Assembly: GCA_038087875.1 (NCBI GenBank)
Contig: CM075991.1
Span: forward strand, 11,286,001 to 11,350,000
Direction: 5' to 3'
DNA from: Malacoraja senta
Taxonomy: Eukaryota
DNA: 64,000 nucleotides
The position numbers and the translations under genes were made by a program. Of the stretch, positions 23,999 through 36,815 are shown piece by piece (within the stretch, counting starts at the first letter, position 1; each line of letters starts with the position of its first letter). The notes beneath the pieces were generated by a model. The model saw only the letters and a list, made by a program, of their open reading frames with translations, was not told the DNA's origin and searched no databases.

Positions 23999-26716
23999 TG
24001 GTTAGAGAGGAGATTAACGCAATAGAAAGGAAGGACATTAGCTTGGAGGATGTGGAATCGATATGGGTAGAGCTACGAAACACTAAGGGGCAGAAAACGC
24101 TGGTGGGTGTTGTGTACAGGCCACCTAACAGTAGTAGTGAAGTTGGGGATGGCATCAAACAGGAAATTAGAAATGCGTGCAACAAAGGCAAAACAGTTAT
24201 AATGGGTCTTCAATCTACATATAGATTGGGTGAATCAAATTGGCAGGGGTGCTGAGGAAGAGGATTTCTTGGAATGTATGCGGGATAGTTTTCTAAACCA
24301 ACATGTAGAGGAACCAACGAGAGAGCAGGCTATTCTAGACTGAGTATTGAGTAATGAGGAAGGGTTAGTTAGCAGTCTTGTTGTGCGTGGCCCCTTGGGC
24401 AAGAGTGACCATAATATGGTTGAGTTCTTCATTAGGATGGAGAGTGACATTGTTAATTCAGAAACAAGGGTTCTGAACTTAAAGAAAGGTAACTTTGAGG
24501 GTATGAAATGTGAATTGGCCAAGATTGACTGGCAATTGATTCTTAAAGGGTTGACGGTGGATATGCAATGGAAGGCATTTAAAGACTGCATGGATGAACT
24601 ACAAAAATTGTTCATCCCAGTTTGGCAAAAGAATAAATCAGGGAACGTAGTGCATCCGTGGATAACAAGGGAAATCAGGGACAGTATCCAAACAAAAGAT
24701 GAAGCGTACAAATTAGCCAGAAAAAGCAGCCTACCAGAGGACTGGGAGAAATTCAGAGTCCAGCAGAGGAGGACAAAGGGCTTAATTACGAAAGGGAAAA
24801 TAGATTATGAAAGAAAACTGGCAGGGAACATAAAAACTGACTGCAAAATTTTTATAGATATGTGAAGAGAAAGAGATTAGTTAAAACAAATGTAGGTCCC
24901 TTGCAGTCAGAAACAGGTGAATTGATCATGGGGAACAAGGACATGGCAGACCAATTGAATAACTACTTTGGTTCTGTCTTCACAAAGGAAGACATAAATA
25001 ATCTGCCGGAAATAGCAGGGGACCGCGGGTCAAATGAGATAGAGGAACTGAGTGAAATCCAGGTTAGCCGGGAAGTGGTGTTAGGTAAATTGAATGGATT
25101 AAAGGCTGATAAATCCCCAGGGCCAGATAGGCTGCATCCCAGAGTACTTAAGGAAGTAGCCCCAGAAATAGTGGATGCATTAGTGATAATTTTTCAAAAC
25201 TCCTTAGATTCTGGAGTAGTTCCTGAGGGGTTTGGAGGGTAGCAAACGTAACCCCACTTTTTAAGAAGGGAGGGAGAGAGAAAACGGGGAATTACAGACC
25301 AGTTAGTCTAACATCGGTAGTGGGGAAACTGCTAGAGTCAGTTATTAAAGATGGGATAGCAGCACATTTGGAAAGTGGTGAAATCATTGGACAAAGTCAG
25401 CATGGATTTACGAAAGGTAAATCATGTCTGACGAATCTTATAGAATTTTTCGAGGATATAACTAATAGAGTGGATAAGGGAGAACCAGTGGATGTGTTAT
25501 ATCTGGACTTTCAGAAGGCTTTCGACAAGGTCCCACATAAGAGATTAGTATACAAACTTAAAGCACATGGTATTGGGGGTTCAGTATTGATGTGGATAGA
25601 TAACTGGCTGGCAAATAGGAAGCAAAGAGTAGGAGTAAACGGGTCCTTTTCAGAATGGCAGGCAGTGACTAGTGGGGTACCGCAAGGCTCAGTGCTGGGA
25701 CCCCAGCTATTTACAATATATATTAATGATTTGGACGAGGGAATTGAATGCAACATCTCCAAGTTTGCGGATGACACGAAGCTGGGGGGCAGTGTTAGCT
25801 GTGAGGAGGATGTTAGGAGGCTGCAAGGTGACTTGGATGGGCTGGGTGAGTGGGCAAATGCATGGCAGATGTAGTATAATGTGGATAAATGTGAGGTTAT
25901 CCACTTTGGTGGCAAAAACAGGAAAGTAGACTATTATCTAAATGGTGGCCGATTAGGAAAAGGGGAGATGCAACGAGACCTGGGTGTCATGGTACACCAG
26001 TCATTGAAAGTAGGCATGCAGGTGCAGCAGGCAGTGAAGAAAGCGAATGGTATGTTAGCATTCATAGCAAAAGGATTTGAGTATAGGAGCAGGGAGGTTC
26101 TACTGCAGTTGTACAGGGTCTTGGTGAGACCACACCTGGAGTATTGCGTACAGTTTTGGTCTCCAAATCTGAGGAAAGATATTCTTGCCATAGAGGGAGT
26201 ACAGAGAAGGTTCACCAGATTGATTCCTGGGATGTCAGGACTTTCATATGAAGAAAGACTGGATAGACTCGGCTTGTACTCGCTAGAATTTAGAAGATTG
26301 AGGGGGGATCTTATAGAAACGTACAAAATTCTTAAGGGGTTGGACAGGCTAGACGCAGGAAGGTTGTTCCTGATGTTGGGGAAGTCCAGGACAAGGGGTC
26401 ACAGTTTAAGGATTAAGGGGAAATCCTTTAGGACCGAGATGAGAAAAACATTTTTCACACAGAGAGTGGTGAATCTCTGGAACTCTCTGCCACAGAAGGT
26501 AGTTGAGGCCAGTTCATTGGCTATATTTAAGAGGGAGTTAGATGTGGCTCTTGTGGCTAAAGGGATCAGGGGGTATGGAGAGAAGGCAGGTACGGGATAC
26601 TGAGTTGGATGACCAGCCATGATCATATTGAATGGCGGTGCAGGCTCGAAGGGCCGAATGGCCTACTCCTGCACCTACTTTCTATGTTTCTATGTTTCTA
26701 TGTTTCTATGTTTCTA
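23999..26716 (+). mobile_element. CR1 LINE, near-complete ORF2 (APE end, RT, C-terminus) with a few disabling mutations
   Basis: [61 protein letters not shown]; split across adjacent ORFs; (tttctatg)n tail. Confidence 0.96.
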
Positions 26717-26807
26717 TCCTTGATCGGACTTTGCTGGCTTCACCTTGCACTAAACGTTATTCCCTTATCATGTATCTGTACACTGTAAATGGATCGATTG
26801 CAATCAC

Positions 26808-26954
26808 GGGTTGGGAGATTGCAACCTTCACAAGGCTCAGTGCCGCCCTGTTTCGACAAATGCAATCAACCTGGCGTGCACAAATGGAAGATCAGACAGA
26901 ACAAGTTGTCTTACATCTTTAGGCCGTGCACGCCATAGGCGAGAAATAGAAGAG
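26808..26954 (+). mobile_element. HDV-ribozyme-headed short retroposon, degenerate copy
   Basis: Homologous to 36762-36899; P3 disrupted by extra bases; TSD-like tg(c/t)aatcac. Confidence 0.8.
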
Positions 26955-29576
26955 TGTAATCACGTATTGTCTGTCTGCTGTCGGGATAGCTCGCAACAAA
27001 AGCTTTTCGCAGTTCCTCTGTACACGTGACAATAAACTAAACTGAAGTGACCCAACATGGGGCAGGTTGAAATGGGCTCATGTCTTTAGCTGGTTCCCTG
27101 GAGACGACACTGCTTGTTGTACCAAGAGACCACAGACACAAAGACAGGATTCCTTCCTCATTATTTGAACAGCACTGAGTGAGAAGGGACAATGCTTGAC
27201 TTCATTCTCTGATTGCTCTGGCACTCACTGTTTATTACAAATCAAACTGCATTAGCACAATACCCACAACTCATTATTCTTTTCTCCAGGCACAGACCCA
27301 TATTTTAAACCAAATTAACCTCAGTATCTGTATGCCAAGCTTCACAGTTCTGTTACATTGTGATTAGTACTCGATCCACCAAACTTTCTATCCCATTAAA
27401 ATTTGTATTCCCTGCCAAACCATCCCATCCCCCCCAAGTTGTTAGAGTGAGCAACTCTCTCTCTCTCTATCTCACACTCTGTCTCTCTCTCTCACTCTCT
27501 CACTCTCTGTCTCTCTCACGCTCTCTCTCTCTTTCTCTCTTTCTCTCTGTCTAGCTCACCCTCTCTCGCACGTGCACAGACAAGCTTTCAAAGCATTAAG
27601 CAGTATTTCCTACCCACTGCTCAGCATATTTATGCAATAATTGGAACACAATGATATTCTGTAATCAAATTGAAGTCGCTCCGTTGAAGCAATTGTGACC
27701 ATTGATCCCCAAAGCCCAGATTGGATTTCATGTTCGAATGGAAATACATTTTTAAAAACACAATATAATTTAGATCCAAATTTATTATGTACAAATATTG
27801 ACAAAACTAACATTCAAGCAAGTCTTGACTAAAATTGGGCAACAAACTCTTTGATTTTCCATCGCCTGCCGGGGGCTCCGACTCTGACATCGGGAGGAGA
27901 ATGGGGAGAGCAGGGGGGAGATAAGACTTTGCCTTCCATCACAGTGAAGAGGAGATTCGCTGTGATGGATGTTTGTGTAAATTGTGTTGTGTCTTGGTTC
28001 TTTTTACTTGTTTGTATGACTGCAGAAACCAAATTTCGTTTGAACCTCATTTGAGGTTCAAATGACAATAAACGGTATTGTACTGTATTGAAGAAGGGTC
28101 TCGACCCGAAACGTCGCCCATTCCTTCTCTCCAGAGATGCTGCCTCACCCGCTGAGTTACTCCAGCATTTTGTGCCTATCTTCGGTGTAAACCAGCATCT
28201 GCAGTTCCTTCAATAGACAATAGACAATAGGTGCAGGAGTAGGCCATTCGGCCCTTCGAGCCAGCACCGCCATTCAATGTGATCATGGCTGATCATCCCC
28301 AATCAGTACCCCGTTCCTGCCTTCTCCCCATATCCCCTATCTAGTTCTCTCTTGAAAGTATCCAGAGAACCGGCCTCCACCGCCCTCTGAGGCAGAGAAT
28401 TCCACAGACCCACAACTCTCTGTGAAAAAAAGTGTTTCCCCGTCTCCTTCCTGCACAAACTCTTTGCATTGTTGCTGCATAGTTTCTGATTGAGCAGTGG
28501 CCATTAATCTGGGGCTGAATGAATGCAAAGATGTTCTGCCAGTGCAGAATATAAGCATGCCAAATGCCCACTCGATTATTGCCACATCTGTAAAAATCAT
28601 TATAATTCATGGTGCTCAATCATTTTGAGCTGGATTAACACTGTTCTCATTGAAACACGACTATTGCTTCATTCAATACCCTTTGTTCTACAAATAGAAC
28701 ATGCAGCCTGTCTCTTCAGTACCTCCAGTAACTACCTTGGCAACCAAATCAACAACTCAACCATGTGTAGGAAGGAACTGCAGGTGCTGGTTTACACCGA
28801 AGATGGACGCAAAATGCCGGAGTATCTCAGCGGCCCGGGCGGCATCTCTGGAGAAAAGGGATAGGTGACGTTTCGGGTCGAGACCCTTCTTCAGAGTGAG
28901 AGTCAAGGGGAAAAGGGACACGAGAGGTTTCCCCTCGTTATCACCACCCCCACCTCTCAGTCTGAAGAAGGGTCTCGGCCCGAAACGTCACCTATCCCAT
29001 TTCTCCAGTTATGCCGTCTATGTGGAGTTTAAACTGTGTCGGCACAGTGGCGCAGGGGGAATTGTGCCGCTGCCTCACAGCGCCGGAGACCTGACTTCGA
29101 TCCTCACCTCGGGTGCTGCCTGTGTGGAGTTTGCACGTTCTCCCTGTGACCGCGTGAGTTTCCTCCGGGTGCTCTGGTTTCCTCCCACATCCCAAAGATG
29201 ATCAGCCATGATCGCAGTGAATGGCGTTGCTGGCTCGAAGGGCCGAATGGCCTCCTCCTGCACCTATTGTCTATTGTCTATTGACGTGCGGGTCTGTCGG
29301 TTAGTTGGCCCTCTATAAATTGCTCCTACAGTGTAGGGAGTGGATGAGAAAGTGGGATAACTTAGAACTAGTTTGAAGGGGTGATCGATGGACTCAGTGG
29401 GTTTAAGGACCTATTTCCGTGCTGTGTCTCTAAACTCCAAAAAAAAGGTAATTGTTCAGCGTTAATGCCACGAAATAACACTACGCTGTAATCTCCTGTA
29501 CTTTAACAGTTGGGATGGAAAATCGATCGCCATGTTGCCCGCACTTTAGTGTGATGGATCGAATTTCCAAATTTGA

Positions 29577-29748
29577 GGAGCCTCGGCAGCAGTGGGAGCC
29601 TCGGCAGCAGTGGGAGCCTCGGCAGCAGTGGGAGCCTCGGCAGCAGTGGGAGCCTCGGCAGCAGTGGGAGCCTCGGCAGCAGTGGGAGCCTCGGCAGCAG
29701 TGGGAGCCTCGGCAGCAGTGGGAGCCTCGGCAGCAGTGGGAGCCTCGG
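29577..29748. repeat. 18-bp minisatellite (ggagcctcggcagcagtg) x9.5
   Basis: Perfect tandem array read directly from the sequence. Confidence 0.98.
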
Positions 29749-31131
29749 TGGGTCGACACGCGGTCGGCAGTCGATGAGATGAACCACCGTGAGGAGGGGA
29801 GGGGGAAGAACAATGGAGGACCCAGCATGCGGGGACCGCCGGGAGGGGTGGGGGGGACAACAAAGGAGGAATCGACGGGGCTGCTTTCAAACTTTGTCAG
29901 CGCTGTATGTGGCGACTATTTGCAATCTTTGCTCTGCAATAGACAATAGACAATAGGTGCAGGAGTAGGCCATTCGGCCCTTCGAGCCAGCCCCGCCACT
30001 CACTGTGATCATGGCTGATCCATCCCCAATCAGTACCTCGTTCCTGCCTTCTCCCCATATCCCCTGACTCCGCTGTCTTTAGGAGCTCTATCTAACTCTC
30101 TCTTGAAAGCATCCAGAGAATCGGCATCCACTGCCTTCTGAGGCAGAGAGTTCCATAGATTCTCAACTCACTGGGTGAAAATGTTTTTCCTCATCTCCAT
30201 TCTAAATGGCCAACACCTTATCAAGCAAAAAATGTCACTGTGCCTCGTGTGGGAAAGAACTGCAGATGCTGGTTTAAATCGAAGGTGGACACACAATGCT
30301 GGAGTAACTCAGCGGGACAGGCAGCATCTCTGGATAGAAGGAACGGGTAACGTTTCGGGTCGAGACCCTGCTTCAGACTCACTGTGTCTTGTTACAGATG
30401 ACAATAAAATATTCCATTACAAATACCAGTTTTCCTCCCTGTCTTCCCAATTATAAGCGCATCTTCTTCCCGTCGTACCTTCCCTGTAATGACATCAACA
30501 AAGAAGATTGTGACTAGTAAAGAGTTTTACCGAGGCTAAATATTTTGACAGCTCCCACATTGCATTAAGCTGTGCGAGTGCACATTGCTAATTTAGATGT
30601 AACAGCACCGTAAGGATGTTGTGATGAATGTGGATTTAGGAACGCAGGTTATTAACAAGAAAGCCAGCAGACTGCTGGGGCTCCAGTGGTACGAAGCTGT
30701 ATCCGTGCCAGATCCAAGGGCACGAGTTTGGACTTCACCTGCTGGCACTGAAGAAGGGTCCCGACCCGAAACGCCATCTATTCATGTCCTCCAGAGATGG
30801 TCCCTGACCTGCTGAGTTACTCCAGCACTTTGTGTTTTGTACGCAGGATTCCAGCATCTGCAGTTCCTTGTGTCCAAGGACAATGAGTGCCCGATCAATG
30901 AAGGGGAGACATTGCATTTGAGAAGACTTGTTTAATGGAGACCGTTAAACTACCCTCGTTGGTGTAGCTTAGTTTAGTTTAGTTTATTGTCACGTGTACT
31001 GAGGTACAGGGAAAAGTTTTTGTCGCCTGCTAGCCAGTCAGCGGAAAGACAAAAACACAATTACAATCCAGCCATTTACAGTGTATAAGGGAATAAAATA
31101 AACAATGTTGCTATAGGAGGAGAGATTTAAG

Positions 31132-31722
31132 AGTGTGGAGCAATAGTAATGTAATAGTAATAATAGTAATAGTGTGGAGTAATAGTAATAGTAATAGTAA
31201 TAATAGTAATAGTGTGGAGTAATAGTAATAGTAATAATAGTAATAGTGTGGAGTAATAGTAATACTAATAGTAATAGTAGTAATAGTGTGGAGTAATAGT
31301 AATAGTAATAGTAATAGTAATAGTAATAGTAATAGAAATAGTAATAGTAATAGTAATAGTAATAGAAATAGTAATAGTAATAGTGTGGAGTAATAGTAAT
31401 AGAAATAGTAATAGTAATAGTAGTAATAGTGTGGAGTAATAGTAATAGTAATAGTGGTAATAGTGTGGAGTAATAGTAATAGTAATAGTGGTAATAGTGT
31501 GGAGTAATAGTAATAGTAATAGTGGTAATAGTGTGGAGTAATAGTAATAGTAATAGTAGTAATAGTGTAGAATAATAATAATAGAAATAGCAATAGTAAT
31601 AGTAATAATAATAGTAATAGTAATAATGTGGAGTAATAATAATAGTAATAGTATTAATAGTGTGGAATAATAGTAATAGTAACATTAATAGTAGTAATAG
31701 TGTGGAGTAATAGTAATAGTAA
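31132..31722. repeat. Compound satellite (agtaat)n punctuated by agtgtgg
   Basis: Read directly from the sequence. Confidence 0.95.
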
Positions 31723-31879
31723 TGGGTTTGTAGATCAGCTTCTGTGGCTAGCATGCAAATAGTCGCCTGTGTTGGGCTCCATCTTGGAAGCAAATTTTGG
31801 GAGGTGCTGACATTCCCACAGCCACCACGGGAAACTCCTGGGGCTAATCCGTCAACCATGAAAAAAAGTTTTTTTTAAA

Positions 31880-32180
31880 TTTAGATTTAGAGATACACCG
31901 CAGAAACAGGCCCTTCGGCCCAACGAATCCTCACCGACCAGCGAGCCCCGCACATTAACACAACCCTACACACACTAGGGACAATTTACACATACACCAA
32001 GCCAATTTACCTACCAACCTGTACGTCTTTGGAGTGTGGGAGGAAACCGAAGAACTCGGAGAAAACCCACGGGGAGAATGTACAAACTTCGTACAAACAG
32101 CACCCGTAGTCGGGGATCGAACCCGGGTCTCCGGCGCTGCATTCGCTGTAAGGCAGCAACTCTACCGCTGCGCCACCGCG
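31880..32180 (-). mobile_element. HE1-like SINE
   Basis: Full tRNA head, V-domain and tail on the minus strand. Confidence 0.88.
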
Positions 32181-32903
32181 ACCACCTTGTATCGAAGTAT
32201 CAAAGGCTGCGGCTGAACCCTCTCACCCGACGTACACAGGAGTTCTTCCAAACAGCCGCCGATCACGATACATGCTAGCTTTGTTAAAATAGTGCAGGGA
32301 GTAGAATCAGTACAGGGAGGCTGGGAGTAAATTTGTCACTCTCAATGTCACAGCAACGTAGAGAACCAATTAAAATGTCAAGGCAGAGGTCAGCTCTGCG
32401 GGCACAGGGCTGGAGTTGAGGAAAGAAAGATCTTGCATTTTCTAAGATGTCCCAGAGCAGCTGGTGAAGCTGATTATGCATGGGCAGGTGTGCAGAGGAG
32501 AGGAGCGGACATGTAATGTGGTCGCGGGGTCGGGGTGGGGAACTGGCACAGGGGGGGAGGGGAGGAGGGAAGGCCAACATAAATGAGTGTTGAATTGTCA
32601 AACAATTGAAGTGTTTGGCAACTGGGAGATCAGACGGTTCCAGGCGGACTGAGAGGAGGTGTTCAGACTGAAGAAGGGTCTCGATTCAAAACGTCACCCA
32701 TTCCTTCTCTCCAGAGATGCCGCCCCTCCCGCTGAGTTACTCCAGCACTTTGTGTCTGTCTTCGGTTTAAACCAGCATCTGCAGTTCCTTCCTACACGTA
32801 GATTAGCCACGGTGGGCAGGCATGAGGGGCCTGGGGGCCTACTCCTGCTCCTATTTTCTATGTTTCTATGAGGCAGTTGAGGCAGAAACTATTGCAATGT
32901 TTA

Positions 32904-33293
32904 AGCCCCTGTCCCACTTAGGAGACACAAACAGCAACCTCTGGTGACCTTGCCCGCCACCCAAAAAAAAATCATGGTCGAGGTGACCTGCAACCTCCTA
33001 CCACCTCCCACGCATATGTTGAAAACCTTCCTCGACTATGAAGAAAACCGGCTTCGACTAGACCTGCGACTAAAAAATTATGGATTTTTAAAACGGCAAC
33101 CTATTTTTAGTCGAGGCCAGTTTTAAACATGATGAAAAAATAGCAGCAACCTAGATGAAGCCTCGACCACGCGGAAACCACTTTCGACCATTAGGGAGAG
33201 TGACCAAAACCTCCGGTGACCTCATCGAAACCTTGGGTGGCGGGCAAGGTCACCAGAGGTTGCTGTTTAGGTCTCCTAAGTGGGACAGGGGCT
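32904..33293. mobile_element. PIF/Harbinger MITE (long-TIR subfamily)
   Basis: About 60-bp TIR agcccctgtcccacttaggagac...; flanks TTA/TCA; an inverted copy lies at 50057-50445. Confidence 0.88.
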
Positions 33294-34311
33294 TCAGGTA
33301 CATGCATAGGACATGTTTACAGGGATATGGGCCAAATCCAGGAAGTGGGAGTAGTGTAGATGGGACACGTTGGTTGGCATGGGTAAGTTGGGCCGAAAGG
33401 CCTGTTTTGAGGGAAGACATCCTTGCTATTTGAGGTAAGCTGCCCAAGCGAAAAATGAGGTGCTGTTCCTCCAATTTGCGCTGGGCCTCACTCTAACTGT
33501 GGAGGAGGCCCAGGACAGAAAGGTCAGTGTGGAAATGGGAGGGGGAGCTAGAGTGTTTAGCAGCCCGGAGATCAGGTGGGTTTAGGCGGACTGAGCGGTC
33601 AGTTCCTATCGATGAGTCGATAGGAAATTCAGAAGTGGGGCGGGAAGGTCCGGGAACGTTGGAAAAACAGAATTCCAGAGATTCAAATTTCCCGAGATCC
33701 AGACGAGAGGCAGGAACGTTTGGGAATCAGGGACACAGGCTCTCCGGTTTCATCAGGCTGTGCCCACACATCATGCCTCTAACCACTCATTGATCGAATC
33801 CCAACATGTTATTTTATGAAAGAAATCTGCATCAGGGTGAATCAATAGTCTCTGCTTGCTGTGTCTGTCCAGGGAAATCATCATCGATTAACCAGCCACT
33901 CACTGAAATAGGGTTTAGAAACATGGAGACATAGAAAATAGGTGCAAGAGTAGGCCATTTGGCCCTTCGAGCCAGCACCGCCATTCAATATGATCATGGC
34001 TGATCATCCAGAATCAGTACCCCGTTCCTGCATTCTCCTCATATCCCTTGATTCCGTTAGCCCCAAGAGATATATCTAACTCTCTCTTGAAAACAAGTTA
34101 GGTTAGTGTGCAGATTAGGTTTGAATTTACCAAGTTCATGCAGTGTCCCGTTCCCGTGTACCCACAATAGATTCCTTCTGTTCCGGGCACACTATCTGCA
34201 TCTATTATATTTTGTTCTGCGTCATTCGAGGGTCAGGTCACCAAGTAATCTCCAGGCGTGTCCAGTGCCTTCTCCAAGTGACAAACTCGAGAGCAGAGGA
34301 AGATCTTATCG

Positions 34312-34509
34312 TTTAAGAAGGAACTGCAGATGCTGGAAAAATCGAAGGTGGACAAAAATGCTGGAGAAACTCAGCGGGTGAGGCAGCATCTATGGAGCGA
34401 AGGAATAGGTGGCGATTCGGGTCGAGACCCTTCTTCAGAACCTCACCTATTTCCTTCGCTCCATAGATGCTGCCTCACCCGCTGAGTTTCTCCAGCATTT
34501 TTGTCTACC
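34312..34509. mobile_element. Penelope-like terminal inverted pair
   Basis: Arms 34312-34439 and 34443-34509 are reverse complements; aagatctta(t/a)cgt is duplicated outside them. Confidence 0.8.
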
Positions 34510-34547
34510 CAAGATCTTAACGTGTTCATTTGTGAAGTGATTATCGG

Positions 34548-34948
34548 CAAAGATCCTATAGCGGAGCAAGATAGACCACTCCTGCTAAATGCAATGGGCT
34601 GACGTGTAGTACGCAACGGAGCGGAACGTGGGCCTTTTTTTCATCCATTTTAGTAACCCGACCCGACCCGACCCGCAGTGTAATCAACGTTGCGGGGGAA
34701 CAGTTTGTGTTAATAAATTATAATTCTGAAAATTAGAAGATTTTTACCAAAGAACTTTTATTTTTACGAGGATGTTTCCGTAACCGGCTTCCGTCCCCGC
34801 ACTAGTATCTTTGCTCCGCTGCGGGATCTTTGGTGCGGAGACGGAAGCCGGTTACGGAAATGGGGCCTAAAATTACCCATGAATCTGCCCATGACCGTAC
34901 TACGTCTTTTTCGTCGAGTGGTCTATCTTGCTCGCTATAGGATCTTTG
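34548..34948. mobile_element. MITE family B, copy 2
   Basis: TIR caaagatcctatagcggagcaagatagaccactc with its near-complement at 34916-34948. Confidence 0.85.
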
Positions 34949-35489
34949 CTTCTGTCTACCAAAGATCTTAACGTGTTCATTTGTGAAGTGATTATCGGGG
35001 AAGGCAGGAGACGTCACGGTGAATTGGGAGGACCTGCTACGTGTCGATAGACAGCCCTGCCCTCCCCCACCTCCTGACGAGCCATTTACATCAATTAACA
35101 TCCTAGTTAATGATGTCCAACTTTGGCTGCTTGCTCTGACCTGCGCTGTGTTAATTTATAGATTAGCCAATCTTTTGTACCCTCTGGGTAACGAGGCGCA
35201 AACTGAGGTAATTAGGTGGAAAAGCTTGAAGATATTGACTGAATCCAATTGTTGGTGGAAGGAGGGGGTGGACTTGTGTGAGTTCGTTTGCATGTTGGTA
35301 GAATAACATTTTAACTGCCTTAAGTTTTTAAGACTGCCATTTCCTGGTGAATAAACTGCAGCATATTTTAAATCTGCAGGGAAATATGTTCAGGGGGAAA
35401 TATGCTTCTATGTTAACACAACTCTCAGCACTCAGGGTACCTTTCCGGGAATAAGAAGAACAAAATGGAATGACCCTAACAGTCACCAT

Positions 35490-36092
35490 CGGTGAGAGTA
35501 TTGAGTACAGAAGTTGGGAGGTCATGTTGCAGTTGTATAAGATGTTGTTGAGGCCGTATTTAGAGCGTTGTGTTCAATTCTGGGCACCATGTTATAGGAA
35601 AGATGTTATCAAGCTGGAAAGGGTACAGAGAAGATTTACGAGGATGTTGCCAGGAGTAGAGGGTCTGAGCTATAGGGAGAGGTTGAGTAGGCCGGGTTTC
35701 TATTCCATGGAGCGCAGGAGGTTGAGGGGTGATCTTATAGAGGTGTATAAAATCATGAGAGGAATAGATTGGGTGGACGCACAGAATCTCTTGCCCAGAG
35801 CAGGTGAATCGAGGACCAGAGGACATAGGTTTAAGGTGAAGGGGAAAAGATTTATTAGGAATCTGAGGGGTAACCTTTTCACACAAAGGGTGGTGGGTGT
35901 ATGGAACAAGCCGCCAGAGGAGGTCGTTGAGACAGGGACCATCCCAACATTAAGAAACATTTAGACAGGTACATGGATAGGACAGGTTTGGAAGGATACG
36001 GACCAAGCACAGGCAGGTGGGACTGGTGTTGCTGGGACTTGTTGGCCGGTGTGGGCAAGTTGGGCCAAAGGGCCTGTTTCCACACTGTATCA
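35490..36092 (+). mobile_element. CR1 LINE 3' part (subfamily sharing its tail with the HE1-like SINE)
   Basis: IEYRSWEVMLQLYK...RVVGVWN; tail gggccaaagggcctgtttccacactgtat. Confidence 0.9.
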
Positions 36093-36761
36093 TTCTATAA
36101 AAGATGGTTATCGTGGCATTGTGTGTATACAAAGATAGCTCAATGAGAGCATAAAGTCATGTGAGGATATGTTCAACCAGGCGGAAGAGAATGTTAGTGA
36201 AGGGGAATTGATTGTGTCTCTGTTCAAGGAAGAACCGAAGGGCCTTAAGACCTTTCTGGAGGAGAATGGGGATGTGAACATCCTGGATGCCCATGGTAAG
36301 GACGAGTCCATGCATCATGACTCTATGAGTATCCAATTACCTATTGATCATTATTCCGACTGTATCCAACACCCAATCGAAGTGTTCTTGGTCTTGTGCC
36401 GATACTTTAAGTCTCCACCCCTTGGTAATCGAGCCAAGTAGCCACTGGAACTTTCTTGCTTCATTCAATATCTCTGTTGACACAAGCACTAAAGTGCAGG
36501 TCTGCAAGGCTGTCCTGCAACACACAGGATCCAAGCCAAATAAATCCCACCTTCTTACACATCGAGCGCCTGTTCTAGTTCCGCTTTTATCCTGAGATTA
36601 AAGCTAATGAAAGGCAGATGGTTGATCTTGATGCAAGACTGGGCTAACTGCGAGTGTGTAGATTAAATTAATTATCCAGGGTAATTGAATACGTTGAATG
36701 CAGATCCATGTGCCAAGTGGCAACTCTGAATATTAGAACCATGTCTTCTAAGACACAAACA

Positions 36762-36815
36762 GGGGTGGGAGATTGCAACCTTCACCTGGTCCGCCCTGTT
36801 TCGACCAATGCAATC
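36762..36815 (+). ncRNA. Minimal HDV-like ribozyme (predicted)
   Basis: P1 GGGGUGG/CCGCCCU, P2 GAUUGCA/UGCAAUC, P3 ACC/GGU, L3 UUCACCU, short UUCG P4, J4/2 CCAA. Confidence 0.78.

Noticed and set aside
29515..29949. Overlapping repeat-protein ORFs (EPRQQW)n and others
   Set aside because: By-products of a stop-free 18-bp minisatellite.
31038..31859. Poly-Y/L/IT ORFs and a superficially CRISPR-like spacing of agtgtgg
   Set aside because: The spacers are the same (agtaat)n sequence, there are no unique spacers or cas genes, and the context is eukaryotic.
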